This document shows, piece after piece, positions 48,254-57,763 of a stretch of DNA of 64,000 bases. Made by a program: the position numbers and the translations under genes. Numbering within the stretch: the stretch's first letter is position 1; every line of letters begins with the position of its first letter. This DNA is from a virus. The stretch covers positions 3,304 to 67,303 of IMG/VR virus record IMGVR_UViG_3300029826_000001. One strand, written 5' to 3'. The notes under the pieces were generated by a model. That model was given only the letters and a program-made list of their open reading frames with translations, had not been told where the DNA came from and did no database searches.

Positions 48254-50240
48254 AACCTTTGGTATGGAGCTTGAGTTTGGTGATGTAATCAAAAATAGTG
48301 TTGACTTGCCAAACGGTTATTCATGGAGCAAGGATGAGCGTAGTATCGTTAATACGAATAGCAAGAAATCTACTCCTTCTGGAGATTATGGTGGAGAGCT
48401 TAATACTAGACCGCTAATGCCGACAAGAAGCGACATTAAAGAGCTTAGAAGCGTAATAAAAGATTGTTTCAATAATCATGGTATTAATATGTGGAATACT
48501 GGATTTGATGGTCACTTGTTCATCGGTGACTTAGAGCTTGAGCACCTAAAGAAGATATTTGCTCTTGGTTACTACACTACCCCTCATATCATAAAAGCAT
48601 TTAAGCTGGGTGAATGGTTTAATGTTGAGCATCTCGTTCCTATTGTAAGCCGTGAGATTTACCAAAGGGTAATGGAAGCGGATACGTTTGAATCACTAAA
48701 GAATACGTTTGCAAACTCATCAAACATCGGACACTATAGATTCCATATAAACATCATGCCGTATTTTAAGACAAAGACGCTTGAGTACAGAATATTCAAC
48801 GGCACTCCAAACTTCAGAGAAACGCTTGAGACTATCAAATTCATGTACAGCTTTTTGGATTATGCATTAAATAACGATATAGAGGATTTCAGAAAGATAG
48901 AGACGCTTGAAGACTTCATGAATACGTTCGATATAAGAGGAGAGTTGCCAAGTGCGATACCACCTCTTATTTTTGCTGAGAGTCACATGGAAGCAGTAAG
49001 AAACATATCAAAGGGGTTCGCACCATCGAGAAAGCTTATAAGTGCATTCATAGATGATAGTGGTGAATCAGTAGCTACAGTTAATCCATTCCACTATACG
49101 ACAGAACTGGCAGTTTACGACAAGAAGAAGTTGACGATATATAACAATTCAGAATACAATGACATTGTGCATCTTCTGGCAACTGGGTCGATGTCAATAA
49201 GTTATGAGAATCAGTTTGAAGTTCTTAATCAGTACAAGGATGGTACGGCAGAGAGAGAGTTGATTCTATTCTTTATCTTTGCAAGAATACAGAAATACAG
49301 TCTAAATACAGAGTATGGAGCAAACGAGTTTATGTCGTATGTTGGTGTGATACCGAATAGTATAGACAAGCTACACGATACAGCGGTGAATCTCATAAAG
49401 ATGTTCGAGAACAGTAAATATGTTCATGGTACTCTAAATGATGCACTGGAGAATGAGCAAGATATTTTATTCCAGCAAGAACTTGACAGTAAATCGAACT
49501 CGGTTGTAACCCAACTGAAGAACAATAGCGATTATGAATCATCGTTTGAAAATCTTTATATATCATACAAGAATATAAAAGAGAAGTCAGAATCGGTGAA
49601 TAAACTGTATGTTGTGAGTCATAATGACTTCTTGCCATTCTATAAGATATCAAAAGACATGAGCACTACCCTCTATTCATCAAAAAAATCTTACGTTGGT
49701 GTAAGGAAGGTAATCGACAAAGATATGAACTTCTCAGTAAAAGTTCCACCAGATGACTATGAGATAACAGATAAAACTAGGATTGAAGTAAGAGAAATTA
49801 GACCAGTAGCATTCACAGTTCTTCAAAGAAATTTTGTGAAAAAGGTGACTAAGTTCAAGCAACCTAAGTTGTGCTATGTAGTAATGTCTGATGGATATGT
49901 TCTTGGTGCGTTTGGGTTTGACTATTCAAAAGATGATAACTATACGTTGTTCTTATTGAGCGACTTTTGTACAAATAACGATGTAAGATTGCTAAGTAAA
50001 CTCATACTATTCATTATCAAAACTAGGGAAGTCAAGAAGATTTTAGAGCGTAAAATTGTTGAAGAAGTGGACAACTGTTACACTAAAGTATACACGACAA
50101 TGCCAGTGAGTATGAAGTATAGAGGAGCTTTCAATAAAGTAAAGACAGACTCACCGAAAAGTTTGCAATATGACTTCAAGTTTGGAGAGATTGAGTCAAT
50201 AGGTCACGCAGTAAGAGAATACAACAAAAGGAGAAAATAA
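48234..50240 (+). CDS. amidoligase domain fused to a probable DNA-modification module
   Basis: RTFGMELEF, ELNT.P, GH, N, TLEYR.FNGT amidoligase motifs; C-term LGAFGF...LLSDF...LLSKL...T..PVSMKYRG as in ParB-linked phage modification proteins. Confidence 0.75.
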   Translation: MLNLLDRTFGMELEFGDVIKNSVDLPNGYSWSKDERSIVNTNSKKSTPSGDYGGELNTRPLMPTRSDIKELRSVIKDCFNNHGINMWNTGFDGHLFIGDLELEHLKKIFALGYYTTPHIIKAFKLGEWFNVEHLVPIVSREIYQRVMEADTFESLKNTFANSSNIGHYRFHINIMPYFKTKTLEYRIFNGTPNFRETLETIKFMYSFLDYALNNDIEDFRKIETLEDFMNTFDIRGELPSAIPPLIFAESHMEAVRNISKGFAPSRKLISAFIDDSGESVATVNPFHYTTELAVYDKKKLTIYNNSEYNDIVHLLATGSMSISYENQFEVLNQYKDGTAERELILFFIFARIQKYSLNTEYGANEFMSYVGVIPNSIDKLHDTAVNLIKMFENSKYVHGTLNDALENEQDILFQQELDSKSNSVVTQLKNNSDYESSFENLYISYKNIKEKSESVNKLYVVSHNDFLPFYKISKDMSTTLYSSKKSYVGVRKVIDKDMNFSVKVPPDDYEITDKTRIEVREIRPVAFTVLQRNFVKKVTKFKQPKLCYVVMSDGYVLGAFGFDYSKDDNYTLFLLSDFCTNNDVRLLSKLILFIIKTREVKKILERKIVEEVDNCYTKVYTTMPVSMKYRGAFNKVKTDSPKSLQYDFKFGEIESIGHAVREYNKRRK

Positions 50241-50977
50241 TGAGCAGTAAATGGAAACTAGTCGAGGTAAACGTAGATGAGGTTGAGTTCACAGAGGTGA
50301 ATGCAAATAGGATGTCTCAATCTGATTTTGATAAGCTTGTGAACAACATAAGAACAAGCGGTCTAAGTTCAGTGATTGCTTGCTACAGAAGAAAAGATGA
50401 TGGCAAGTATGTAATCATCAGTGGTAATCATAGATTCAGAGCTTGTCTAAAGTTGGGCTATACAAAAATCAATATTCTATATGCTGATGAACAAGATATG
50501 TCACACGATGAAATAGTGGCATTGCAGTTATCCCACAACTCATTACATGGTGATGATGATAGAGCGATTCTAAAGAGACTTATGGATGAAATCAAGGATA
50601 TAGATTTTAAAGAGTTCGCTCACATTCAGATTGATGATATTGATGTCGATGATATGTTCAGTGGTTCAATAGTTCCAATGTCTGAGCACTATTCAGTATC
50701 ATTGGTTCTATATAAGAAGGACAAAGAATCAATAGAAGAGCTTATGAGTATTGTTGAAGACAACAACAAAGTAAACGATATGGTTATTCTGGCAGATGGA
50801 GAAAAAAATGAAAAAGTGTTCTTGGAAATGATTTCAGATATCAAGAAAGATTTTGACATAAAGTCATCTAGTATCGCTTTTTCAAAACTACTAGAACTGG
50901 CTAAAGCTGGTTACGGCACACTAGGAACTGACGATGTAGACCCAGAAGAGTTTAGTGAGATACAATCTGAAGACTAA
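50240..50977 (+). CDS. ParB/Srx-family protein
   Basis: NAN.MS..DF.KL..NI...G, Y.IISGNHR.RA, LQLSHNSL.G.DD. Confidence 0.88.
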   Translation: MSSKWKLVEVNVDEVEFTEVNANRMSQSDFDKLVNNIRTSGLSSVIACYRRKDDGKYVIISGNHRFRACLKLGYTKINILYADEQDMSHDEIVALQLSHNSLHGDDDRAILKRLMDEIKDIDFKEFAHIQIDDIDVDDMFSGSIVPMSEHYSVSLVLYKKDKESIEELMSIVEDNNKVNDMVILADGEKNEKVFLEMISDIKKDFDIKSSSIAFSKLLELAKAGYGTLGTDDVDPEEFSEIQSED

Positions 50978-50984
50978 GTTTATT

Positions 50985-51039
50985 TTAAGCCAATAAATGT
51001 CATAATACTTGTACTTAAAAACCAACATAAGGACTAGAC
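50985..51039 (+). promoter_or_regulatory. early promoter/leader cassette P4
   Basis: TTAAGCCAATAAATGTCATAAT...AAAAACCAAC.TAAGGACTAGAC-ATG. Confidence 0.85.
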
Positions 51040-51216
51040 ATGGAAGACATTAAAAAGAAGATAGCCATTGAAGCAATCAGAATGGTTGCAAAGCACTATA
51101 ACACTACAGCATCAAAAGTTGCTCAATCAATTAAAGATGGAAATGAAAAAGTCAAGAATCAAGTTAACTTTATTTGTGTTGCAACTCTAAATAATCTACT
51201 AGTGGAATCGGCATGA
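51040..51216 (+). CDS. hypothetical early protein (58 aa, not in ORF track)
   Basis: First ORF after P4: MEDIKKKIAIEAI...VESA. Confidence 0.7.
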   Translation: MEDIKKKIAIEAIRMVAKHYNTTASKVAQSIKDGNEKVKNQVNFICVATLNNLLVESA

Positions 51217-51386
51217 TGGAGTATCCACTATTCCCAGCAACAAGAAGCAACGAGATTACAGAAGGATATTACTTCTGTATTGTTGGTCAAATCAGTCGAG
51301 GAACTTGTAGTAAGAAAGTGCAGAAGATTATGAGAAGAAATGGTTCTCATGAGTATTTCACATACCATCTGGTATCAGAAAGGTAA
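51213..51386 (+). CDS. hypothetical early protein (57 aa, not in ORF track)
   Basis: ATGA-coupled: MMEYPLFP...LVSER. Confidence 0.6.
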   Translation: MMEYPLFPATRSNEITEGYYFCIVGQISRGTCSKKVQKIMRRNGSHEYFTYHLVSER

Positions 51387-51396
51387 GGAGAAGCAG

Positions 51397-51696
51397 ATGA
51401 GAAGAGAAGAGCTTCGTAGAAAAATAGAAAAGCTAATATCAAGTGGTCATTCCAAGAATAAGATAGAGCTGATTGATGTTTTGTATTATAAGACGGGTGG
51501 TGCTCAAAAGGTTGTGGTCGTGGAATTAAAGATGTATGGTGCACTCTCTTCATCTATTAGGGTTCACTCCAGCGATAGTGCAGAGAAGGCATTGTTGTCT
51601 GCTATTGATAGGCACACCAATGGCGGTGAGCTGGACATGAGTAATTCGGTAACTGGAAAAAGTAGTGATAACACAGCATTGGTAGAGGAGTTATAG
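51397..51696 (+). CDS. hypothetical protein
   Basis: AAGGAG RBS before ATG 51397. Confidence 0.65.
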   Translation: MRREELRRKIEKLISSGHSKNKIELIDVLYYKTGGAQKVVVVELKMYGALSSSIRVHSSDSAEKALLSAIDRHTNGGELDMSNSVTGKSSDNTALVEEL

Positions 51697-51697
51697 T

Positions 51698-51883
51698 ATG
51701 ACAAACTCAGAAGCAAGAAAACTAAAAGTAGGAGACAGAATTAAAGTCTCCACATGGAACAGAGAAGGCAAAAAGACTTGTGAGAGAGATATTGTATGTA
51801 TCGACTCACTTGGTATCGGAATAAGGTTGTTTGGATGGAATCCGTTCTATGTACAGCCACATGAAATTGTAGATAAGGTTTAG
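51698..51883 (+). CDS. small SH3/KOW-like protein
   Basis: LKVGDRIKV; GAGGAG RBS. Confidence 0.6.
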   Translation: MTNSEARKLKVGDRIKVSTWNREGKKTCERDIVCIDSLGIGIRLFGWNPFYVQPHEIVDKV

Positions 51884-51885
51884 CA

Positions 51886-52140
51886 ATGAGTAAAGTAAGA
51901 GGCAAAAAAGAGGAAATCACTTGTGCTTGTGGTTGTGGAAGAAAAAGACTCGTTAGAGTTGCAGATATAAAACGTGGATGGGGGAAATACTTCAACAAGT
52001 CATGCAAAGCAAGACATCAGGAAAAGAGAACTGGTCAATATGCTGATTACCTACATAGAAGAGCAACGTGTACAAGCGAGGTTGACTGCATTGAAAGCAG
52101 TTTCCACCCGCACGACCCATATTCTCTCGGTCAAGAATAA
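51886..52140 (+). CDS. zinc-finger-like phage protein
   Basis: C.CGCG.....R.AD.KRGWGKY..KSCKA..Q..RTG. Confidence 0.7.
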   Translation: MSKVRGKKEEITCACGCGRKRLVRVADIKRGWGKYFNKSCKARHQEKRTGQYADYLHRRATCTSEVDCIESSFHPHDPYSLGQE

Positions 52141-52147
52141 GTAATAT

Positions 52148-52203
52148 TTAAGCCAATAATTGTTATAATACAGATACCAACAAACCAACAAAAAGGACTA
52201 AAA
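52148..52203 (+). promoter_or_regulatory. early promoter/leader cassette P5
   Basis: TTAAGCCAATAATTGTTATAAT...ACCAACAAACCAAC AAAAAGGACTAAAA-ATG; motif duplicated. Confidence 0.85.
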
Positions 52204-52488
52204 ATGAAATTAACTACCTTCTCAGTAAGAGACTTTGACGATAAACTAACTGGTCATGTACTGATTGATATTTCAGACAGAGACAAAGCAAAGGTAGAGT
52301 TTGTATTAAACTATCTTGCTAACATCGGTGGATGGAGCATAGCTAACTGCCCTAACGAGGAAGATGGTGTTTATTCTGACTCAATTTCTGTTCTTTCATG
52401 TGAAGTAAAGCTCGCAAAGGAATATTACAAAGATGCAAAGACTGAACTTCAAAAGCTAATAAAATCAATTCGTGATACCAATTTCTAG
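52204..52488 (+). CDS. hypothetical early protein
   Basis: First ORF after P5. Confidence 0.7.
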   Translation: MKLTTFSVRDFDDKLTGHVLIDISDRDKAKVEFVLNYLANIGGWSIANCPNEEDGVYSDSISVLSCEVKLAKEYYKDAKTELQKLIKSIRDTNF

Positions 52489-52498
52489 GAGGCATAAT

Positions 52499-52699
52499 AT
52501 GGAAAGAGTAATCATGTCAATCATAAACGGGCAAAGAAAACAAGCATTGAAGCAACTACTTGAAGATGGATACAAGTTGTCTGACCTTACTGTTGAGCTT
52601 GTAGACAGAAATATGGTAAAAGAGATTCCAGTAATGATTAGACTTGCTGAAGACCATTCGATTATCTCATACCATCCAGCAAACTTGAGGAGTCTATAA
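52499..52699 (+). CDS. hypothetical protein
   Basis: AGGAGG RBS before ATG 52499. Confidence 0.65.
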   Translation: MERVIMSIINGQRKQALKQLLEDGYKLSDLTVELVDRNMVKEIPVMIRLAEDHSIISYHPANLRSL

Positions 52700-53331
52700 T
52701 GAATATGGTTACAGACTATGAAGTTTATGGATGCTGGACATATGAAGATGTAAAAGGTGTATGTCCAAAGTGCTCATCCACTCTTGAGCTAGTACCAGAA
52801 GAAGGTCACTATAACTCTAAGTATTGGAGGTTAAAGAGGGATGATGGGCTGGACTTGTATTGTTGTCCAAAAGGATGTAACAATGATTTTCTTGGAGCCA
52901 TAAGAGATAATGCAAAAGAGCTTGATGAAAAAACACTCAAGTCATTTTGTTTTGTGCATGATGTTGATTATGAAAAAGGTGACATGAACATACTCCATGA
53001 CTACTACTCCAGTGTTCATGTGTTGCCAGTAAGGGAGTTTGTTTACAACTATGAAGGTTTTGTGTCCTATCACCTTGAGGACTTTGGAGGAAAATCAGAT
53101 GTTGAATTTCTCATTGATGTTAAATCTGGATATGTCTTCTTTAATATACCAAGCCATGAGCCATTTGCATCATGGTTGTATGAACTTGTTTTCCCAAATG
53201 TTGCAGACCAAGACAGGCTATATGAGGCAGAAAGAAATGGATTTTGTATATGGAAGAGTACGATATCTAATACCATTCATGGATTGGATAATCCAAGTAT
53301 ACCAACTCACATAAGAAACAAGTTTAAGTAA
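52699..53331 (+). CDS. zinc-ribbon-containing hypothetical protein
   Basis: CPKC...CCPKGC. Confidence 0.65.
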   Translation: MNMVTDYEVYGCWTYEDVKGVCPKCSSTLELVPEEGHYNSKYWRLKRDDGLDLYCCPKGCNNDFLGAIRDNAKELDEKTLKSFCFVHDVDYEKGDMNILHDYYSSVHVLPVREFVYNYEGFVSYHLEDFGGKSDVEFLIDVKSGYVFFNIPSHEPFASWLYELVFPNVADQDRLYEAERNGFCIWKSTISNTIHGLDNPSIPTHIRNKFK

Positions 53332-53427
53332 GGAGAAGATGATGCGAAAGTACACTGACCATGTTTCTCACATTGAAAATATGAGTGATTTAATATCTAC
53401 CCATACAAAACCATTAGAGGAGGTGTA

Positions 53428-53643
53428 ATGAAGGCTACAACTGCTCTCAGAGAGCTTAAAAACGGTGAAACAGTTGTTGATGACAATTTCCACTGTTCTT
53501 ACTGCATACCAGACAGTGAGACACAGAAGCATCTTTGTGATGGCGAAGATATCTATGTTTCAAGAAAAGACAGTGGGGAGTTTATCTCTTTTGAGGATTT
53601 TCTTGATTTGAAGTACAACTTTAAGTTGGAAAGTTATAGGTAG
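53428..53643 (+). CDS. hypothetical protein
   Basis: GAGGAGG RBS. Confidence 0.65.
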   Translation: MKATTALRELKNGETVVDDNFHCSYCIPDSETQKHLCDGEDIYVSRKDSGEFISFEDFLDLKYNFKLESYR

Positions 53644-53692
53644 GAGGAAATGTAATGTGCAGTGAAAGCACTGGAGGAGCAAGGAGTATTAA

Positions 53693-53932
53693 ATGAGTGT
53701 AGTTAAATGTGCAAGAAGAGGATGTGATTCCATGTGTTGTACTGTGTACAGTAGTAGTTATGGATATCTTTGTAATGAATGCTTTGAAGAGATGAAAACA
53801 TATCTTGCAATAGAGTTCAAGTTCCATTCACTTGGAATAGCTGGAGAAATGTTCATGAATACAACAAAGCCAAACAAGTATGAGGCTGAATATATTGATA
53901 AGTGGTGCGATGAAGAATTTAAATCTATATGA
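53693..53932 (+). CDS. Cys-rich small protein
   Basis: C.R.GC...C..YS..YGYLC.ECFEE. Confidence 0.65.
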   Translation: MSVVKCARRGCDSMCCTVYSSSYGYLCNECFEEMKTYLAIEFKFHSLGIAGEMFMNTTKPNKYEAEYIDKWCDEEFKSI

Positions 53933-53943
53933 TTTATAAAACT

Positions 53944-54015
53944 TTAAGCCAACAATTGTTATAATACGTTATATCAAAAAACCAACTTGATATAAAAAAA
54001 TACTAAGGACTAGAT
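53944..54015 (+). promoter_or_regulatory. early promoter/leader cassette P6 with hairpin
   Basis: TTAAGCCAACAATTGTTATAAT; TTATATCAA-AAAACCAAC-TTGATATAA; AAGGACTAGAT. Confidence 0.85.
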
Positions 54016-54321
54016 ATGAAACATCCACTAAAATTTGACCACAGTAAAAAGGATATCTTTGAAGCTATAGGCACAACACCAGATGAGCTTAGTGAGGCAT
54101 TCGATGATAAGAACAATGAGTTGCACAGAGTTTCAAAAATACTCAATGTGATGATGGACAATGGTCACATCTCAAAAGATGGTCTTGGAGCGATGATTGC
54201 TACATTTTCGTTTATGACTGGAAATACTTCGGGCTACGTTTCTGAAATGATTGAAAAATACCTAGACTCTCTTGATGCCGACAATGTTGATGCGGTTTTG
54301 AAAAAGTGTGAGGAGGAATAA
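54016..54321 (+). CDS. hypothetical early protein
   Basis: First ORF after P6. Confidence 0.7.
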   Translation: MKHPLKFDHSKKDIFEAIGTTPDELSEAFDDKNNELHRVSKILNVMMDNGHISKDGLGAMIATFSFMTGNTSGYVSEMIEKYLDSLDADNVDAVLKKCEEE

Positions 54322-54666
54322 ATGGAAAAATATTACGATGTACCAAATGGAAAACTTGAGCTAGAGGTGAGATACCAAAAGGGTGGAAGCAACTGGGGAA
54401 CTGGAGACATCGAAAGAAGAGGTCTATACCTACACTTCACTACGGTTCAACTCGTAAATGGAAGTAGGACTGCTCAGCTATATGGAGATATCACTGGAAA
54501 CGATATCAAGAATGCAAAGGTCTTCTTGAAGGAGCTTGGAAGAAAGTCTGATAAGCAGATTGAATTAATCGAAAAGAAAATTCCTTTCGACAAACTTGCG
54601 GAGCTTTGGATTTCAAAACAATATCAAGAAGTGTTGAGAGTTATCGAGAATGAGGTGAAATCATGA
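54322..54666 (+). CDS. hypothetical phage protein
   Basis: Y.KGG.NW.TG..ERRG.YL motif; GAGG RBS. Confidence 0.7.
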   Translation: MEKYYDVPNGKLELEVRYQKGGSNWGTGDIERRGLYLHFTTVQLVNGSRTAQLYGDITGNDIKNAKVFLKELGRKSDKQIELIEKKIPFDKLAELWISKQYQEVLRVIENEVKS

Positions 54667-54959
54667 TTATTGAAGGTAGAGATATCGTATGTCTAACCCT
54701 AAAGAAAGACTATGACGCTGGAACATCTGTTAAGAGTGGTGAAGTAGTTGTTATCATCAGAGGGCTTATCGGATACGGACTCACAAGCTATGGTGAGAAA
54801 ACAAGAGAGTGGGTTGAAGAAATAAACAGAGATGTGTTTAAAGTAACCCCAGAGGATGAGGAGGCATACATCACTATGAGTATGTTTGGATGGGGGAATG
54901 AGCACTCTGTAAAGTCTCTCATGAAAGGCTTTGTAGGGAGAAAGAAAAATGACATATGA
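54663..54959 (+). CDS. hypothetical protein
   Basis: Coupled; SMFGW motif. Confidence 0.65.
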   Translation: MIIEGRDIVCLTLKKDYDAGTSVKSGEVVVIIRGLIGYGLTSYGEKTREWVEEINRDVFKVTPEDEEAYITMSMFGWGNEHSVKSLMKGFVGRKKNDI

Positions 54960-55242
54960 ACAAGCACAAATAATTGAGAAGTACTTTGATGCTGGGTATG
55001 CAGTAAAGATTTCATATGGTGGCTATGTAGATAGTTTCTGTACTGGATTCTACTTTGATGAAGAGGAAGAAAACTGCTATGTGTATGATTCTGAGGTTTT
55101 TACTGGTCAACCAGTAACAGACATTAATATTGGATGTGTCGAGGTGTTTGCTCCAGTTAGAGACCTTAGTAGCAAAGAGATTGATTATTTGGATGATCAA
55201 GACCAGTGGTTTGTAGAAAAAATAGATGGAGAAATAGTATGA
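54949..55242 (+). CDS. hypothetical protein
   Basis: Coupled acidic ORF. Confidence 0.65.
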   Translation: MTYEQAQIIEKYFDAGYAVKISYGGYVDSFCTGFYFDEEEENCYVYDSEVFTGQPVTDINIGCVEVFAPVRDLSSKEIDYLDDQDQWFVEKIDGEIV

Positions 55243-55631
55243 CAAAATCAGACCTAAAAACAACAATGGTATTTGTAACAAGAGGTGGTGAACAGAGAAT
55301 GGTGTTCAGAGGTAAAAAAAGAGGAGAAGATGCTCATGCTGGTGTTTCTGGATGGGGTATTCTCGATGACTACAATGAAGACCTATCTCATAAGACGGCA
55401 AGCCATCTCGACATGGTTGCCGTGTATGAGATGACATCAAACAAAGGTATTCATATGTTCTTGAAGTACGGTGAATACTCAGATGCTATGGTTCGTCTTA
55501 TTTGGGCTTTACCATCAGAGGATATTGATAAAACAAAAAAATATACACTTGAAGAGGTTGCACAGATGGTTTCAGATGGAGAAATCGGTATTGTGTTTGG
55601 TAAAGACGGTGCAAAATTAATAAGGGAGTAA
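55239..55631 (+). CDS. hypothetical phage protein
   Basis: KSDLKT.M...TR.G...Y.EDL......D..AVY...LIW pattern. Confidence 0.65.
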   Translation: MTKSDLKTTMVFVTRGGEQRMVFRGKKRGEDAHAGVSGWGILDDYNEDLSHKTASHLDMVAVYEMTSNKGIHMFLKYGEYSDAMVRLIWALPSEDIDKTKKYTLEEVAQMVSDGEIGIVFGKDGAKLIRE

Positions 55632-55633
55632 CC

Positions 55634-56053
55634 ATGAAAACGATTGAGTATATTATTGATAACTACACAAGTGGTTGTATTGACGGAAGGGATATTATAA
55701 GGCTTGGTCAATTTTTGACAGAGGAGCAACTTGAGAAAGTTGGTATGAGCTTAAAAGATGAGTTCAAAGGTAAGTATGAGCCTATTGAGTTCACGAGAGA
55801 GAATATTCTTTTGCAACTTGAGAAAGACGTTGAGTTCGGTTTTGAAAAAGCACTTAACCAAAGAGGTATTTCTGCTGGAATGATGCATGAAGTTGTGAAG
55901 ATGTGGAACTGGGTTCTTGAGGAAGGACTTGAGGATTTTGATGACTACGCTATGTATGGTCTCCCACTATTCAAGGCTACAGCAGTGAAGTATGGTTTTG
56001 ATAACCCTATCGGTGATGATACTGGTAGAGAGTCGTATTATGATGCAAGATGA
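55634..56053 (+). CDS. hypothetical phage protein
   Basis: DGRD..RL..F...DV.FGFEKAL.QRGISA..M...YGLPLFKATA.KYG. Confidence 0.7.
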   Translation: MKTIEYIIDNYTSGCIDGRDIIRLGQFLTEEQLEKVGMSLKDEFKGKYEPIEFTRENILLQLEKDVEFGFEKALNQRGISAGMMHEVVKMWNWVLEEGLEDFDDYAMYGLPLFKATAVKYGFDNPIGDDTGRESYYDAR

Positions 56054-56065
56054 AAGGATGATATT

Positions 56066-56356
56066 ATGTGTAGAGGAATGTTAACACAAGATGCAATCAA
56101 CCTATCGACAGCAATTTTCGGTAGAGAGGTTTACATAAGAGAAATGAGACTTATTCCTTATGTTAGGAACTGTCTCGTAAATGGTGGAACTATCAGCATG
56201 GGAAGTGTTGATGATGATGAAAAAATGTTCTTGGATGAATGGGAAGAAAAAGGTCTCATCAAGATAAGCGGAAACAAAATATCATGCTCAGAGGAGTTTT
56301 GGAACATCACAAATTTAATGATGTGGTCAACTTATGTAAATTACGAAAAGGAGTGA
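56066..56356 (+). CDS. hypothetical phage protein
   Basis: RG.L...E.RL.PY...FW pattern. Confidence 0.65.
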   Translation: MCRGMLTQDAINLSTAIFGREVYIREMRLIPYVRNCLVNGGTISMGSVDDDEKMFLDEWEEKGLIKISGNKISCSEEFWNITNLMMWSTYVNYEKE

Positions 56357-56359
56357 CAC

Positions 56360-56653
56360 ATGAGCAGAAGTAAAAAAAGAAACAGCATTGAGAATAAAGT
56401 ATATGGACTCATCGAGTTGAGTCCTTTTATCTATGGTGGAAACAAAGCTACGAATGTTGTAAAGCATATGTTTCATGAAGAGTTTGGAATATTGCTTACA
56501 GATGAGCAGATTAAGTTTATAGCATCTGTAGACAGAGCTAGAAGAAGGGTGCTTAAATCAAATCCAGAGCTGGACAATAGAACCAGAGTGAAAGAACTCC
56601 AGAAGGAAGATGCAAAACACTATGCGAAAACAAAAAATAAGAGGATGCTGTAA
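56360..56653 (+). CDS. hypothetical protein
   Basis: AAGGAG RBS. Confidence 0.65.
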   Translation: MSRSKKRNSIENKVYGLIELSPFIYGGNKATNVVKHMFHEEFGILLTDEQIKFIASVDRARRRVLKSNPELDNRTRVKELQKEDAKHYAKTKNKRML

Positions 56654-56868
56654 TGACTAAACAGAGATTTGCATGGCTACCAACAATTGTATGGAACATG
56701 AAGAGTAGAAACTACAGATACACAGTAGCTTGGCTTGTATGGTACTGGGATGACGGAACTGGAGAAGAAGACAAACCAACTCATTTTCACAGACTATCGG
56801 ATGACCCGTATGAAGATACAAGGTTATGGAAAAGGCACAAGACCAGAACAAACACAAACAGATGGTAG
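56653..56868 (+). CDS. hypothetical Trp-rich protein
   Basis: FAWLP....WL motif; coupled. Confidence 0.6.
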   Translation: MTKQRFAWLPTIVWNMKSRNYRYTVAWLVWYWDDGTGEEDKPTHFHRLSDDPYEDTRLWKRHKTRTNTNRW

Positions 56869-56883
56869 ATTGCTAAGTAATAT

Positions 56884-56958
56884 TTAAGCCAATAAATGTT
56901 ATAATCAATGCATGAATAAAACCAACTATTCATAAATAAATTACAGAAGGACTAGATT
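56884..56958 (+). promoter_or_regulatory. early promoter/leader cassette P7 with hairpin
   Basis: TTAAGCCAATAAATGTTATAAT; ATGAATA-AAACCAAC-TATTCAT; AAGGACTAGA. Confidence 0.85.
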
Positions 56959-57309
56959 ATGGAAAATCTATTTAGACTCAACAGAAACGGACATACGGCA
57001 GAGGAAATTTTCGGTAAACCTACAGACGAGCTTGTTAAGATAACAATGGAAGATTTATACGCAGATATTCCTTTTGCACTGTTTATCTACAGAGCAACAA
57101 CGGTGAAGGCTGATTTAATGGCTCCAGTATCTATTATTCTTGGTGTATTAATCGGAAGAAGGCTTGAAGAGAGAGAAGACATGGTTGAGTATCTTGTTAA
57201 CTCAGTCAGGGATAGGGGTGATAGAGAGATTGTGATTAGGGCATTGAGTTTCATAACGGACAAGGAAGATATGATGAAAATTTTAAAAAGAGAGGAAGAG
57301 CAATGTTAG
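56959..57309 (+). CDS. hypothetical early protein
   Basis: First ORF after P7. Confidence 0.7.
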   Translation: MENLFRLNRNGHTAEEIFGKPTDELVKITMEDLYADIPFALFIYRATTVKADLMAPVSIILGVLIGRRLEEREDMVEYLVNSVRDRGDREIVIRALSFITDKEDMMKILKREEEQC

Positions 57310-57614
57310 AAAATTACGATATAAGGGAAATTAACGTATATGATGGTAATTTGAGTGTACCCAATACATTCCTTTACCTAATCGGTAAAAACCCGTCAAA
57401 TCGCATTCTATGTATGAAAATAGAGATTTATTCTCTTGATAGGGATACATATAAACCTAGAAACATTTCAACTGTTTACTGTCTACAGAAAGATGTAGTT
57501 GATAATAGGGATGAACTTATACACATGGCAATAGCAAATGTTACTGATTTGCCATACAGCATGAGAAAAAAAATGCTTATAGATGATGTAAACATTTGGG
57601 AGATTGAGCAATGA
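57303..57614 (+). CDS. hypothetical protein
   Basis: Coupled ORF. Confidence 0.6.
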   Translation: MLENYDIREINVYDGNLSVPNTFLYLIGKNPSNRILCMKIEIYSLDRDTYKPRNISTVYCLQKDVVDNRDELIHMAIANVTDLPYSMRKKMLIDDVNIWEIEQ

Positions 57615-57763
57615 GATATGAGGTCACATTCAAGGTGATGGTAGATGCTCCAAGCCCAACAAAGGCTAAAGAGTACGGTCAGAAATTTTGTGACACAATA
57701 AACAGTAAAGACTCACGCAATAAAGCTTGGGTGTCTCAAGTGGTGGAGAAAAAGAATGGTTGA
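57611..57763 (+). CDS. small hypothetical protein (50 aa, not in ORF track)
   Basis: ATGA-coupled MRYEVTFKV...KNG. Confidence 0.55.
   Translation: MRYEVTFKVMVDAPSPTKAKEYGQKFCDTINSKDSRNKAWVSQVVEKKNG

Noticed and set aside
50240-50977. ParB as a plasmid-prophage partition system
   Set aside because: No ParA or parS array nearby; the SHNSL.G.DD subtype and gene context fit modification-associated ParB
54016-57309. Paralogy of the 54016 and 56959 products
   Set aside because: The resemblance is limited to a short N-terminal stretch (G...DEL) and is too weak to claim
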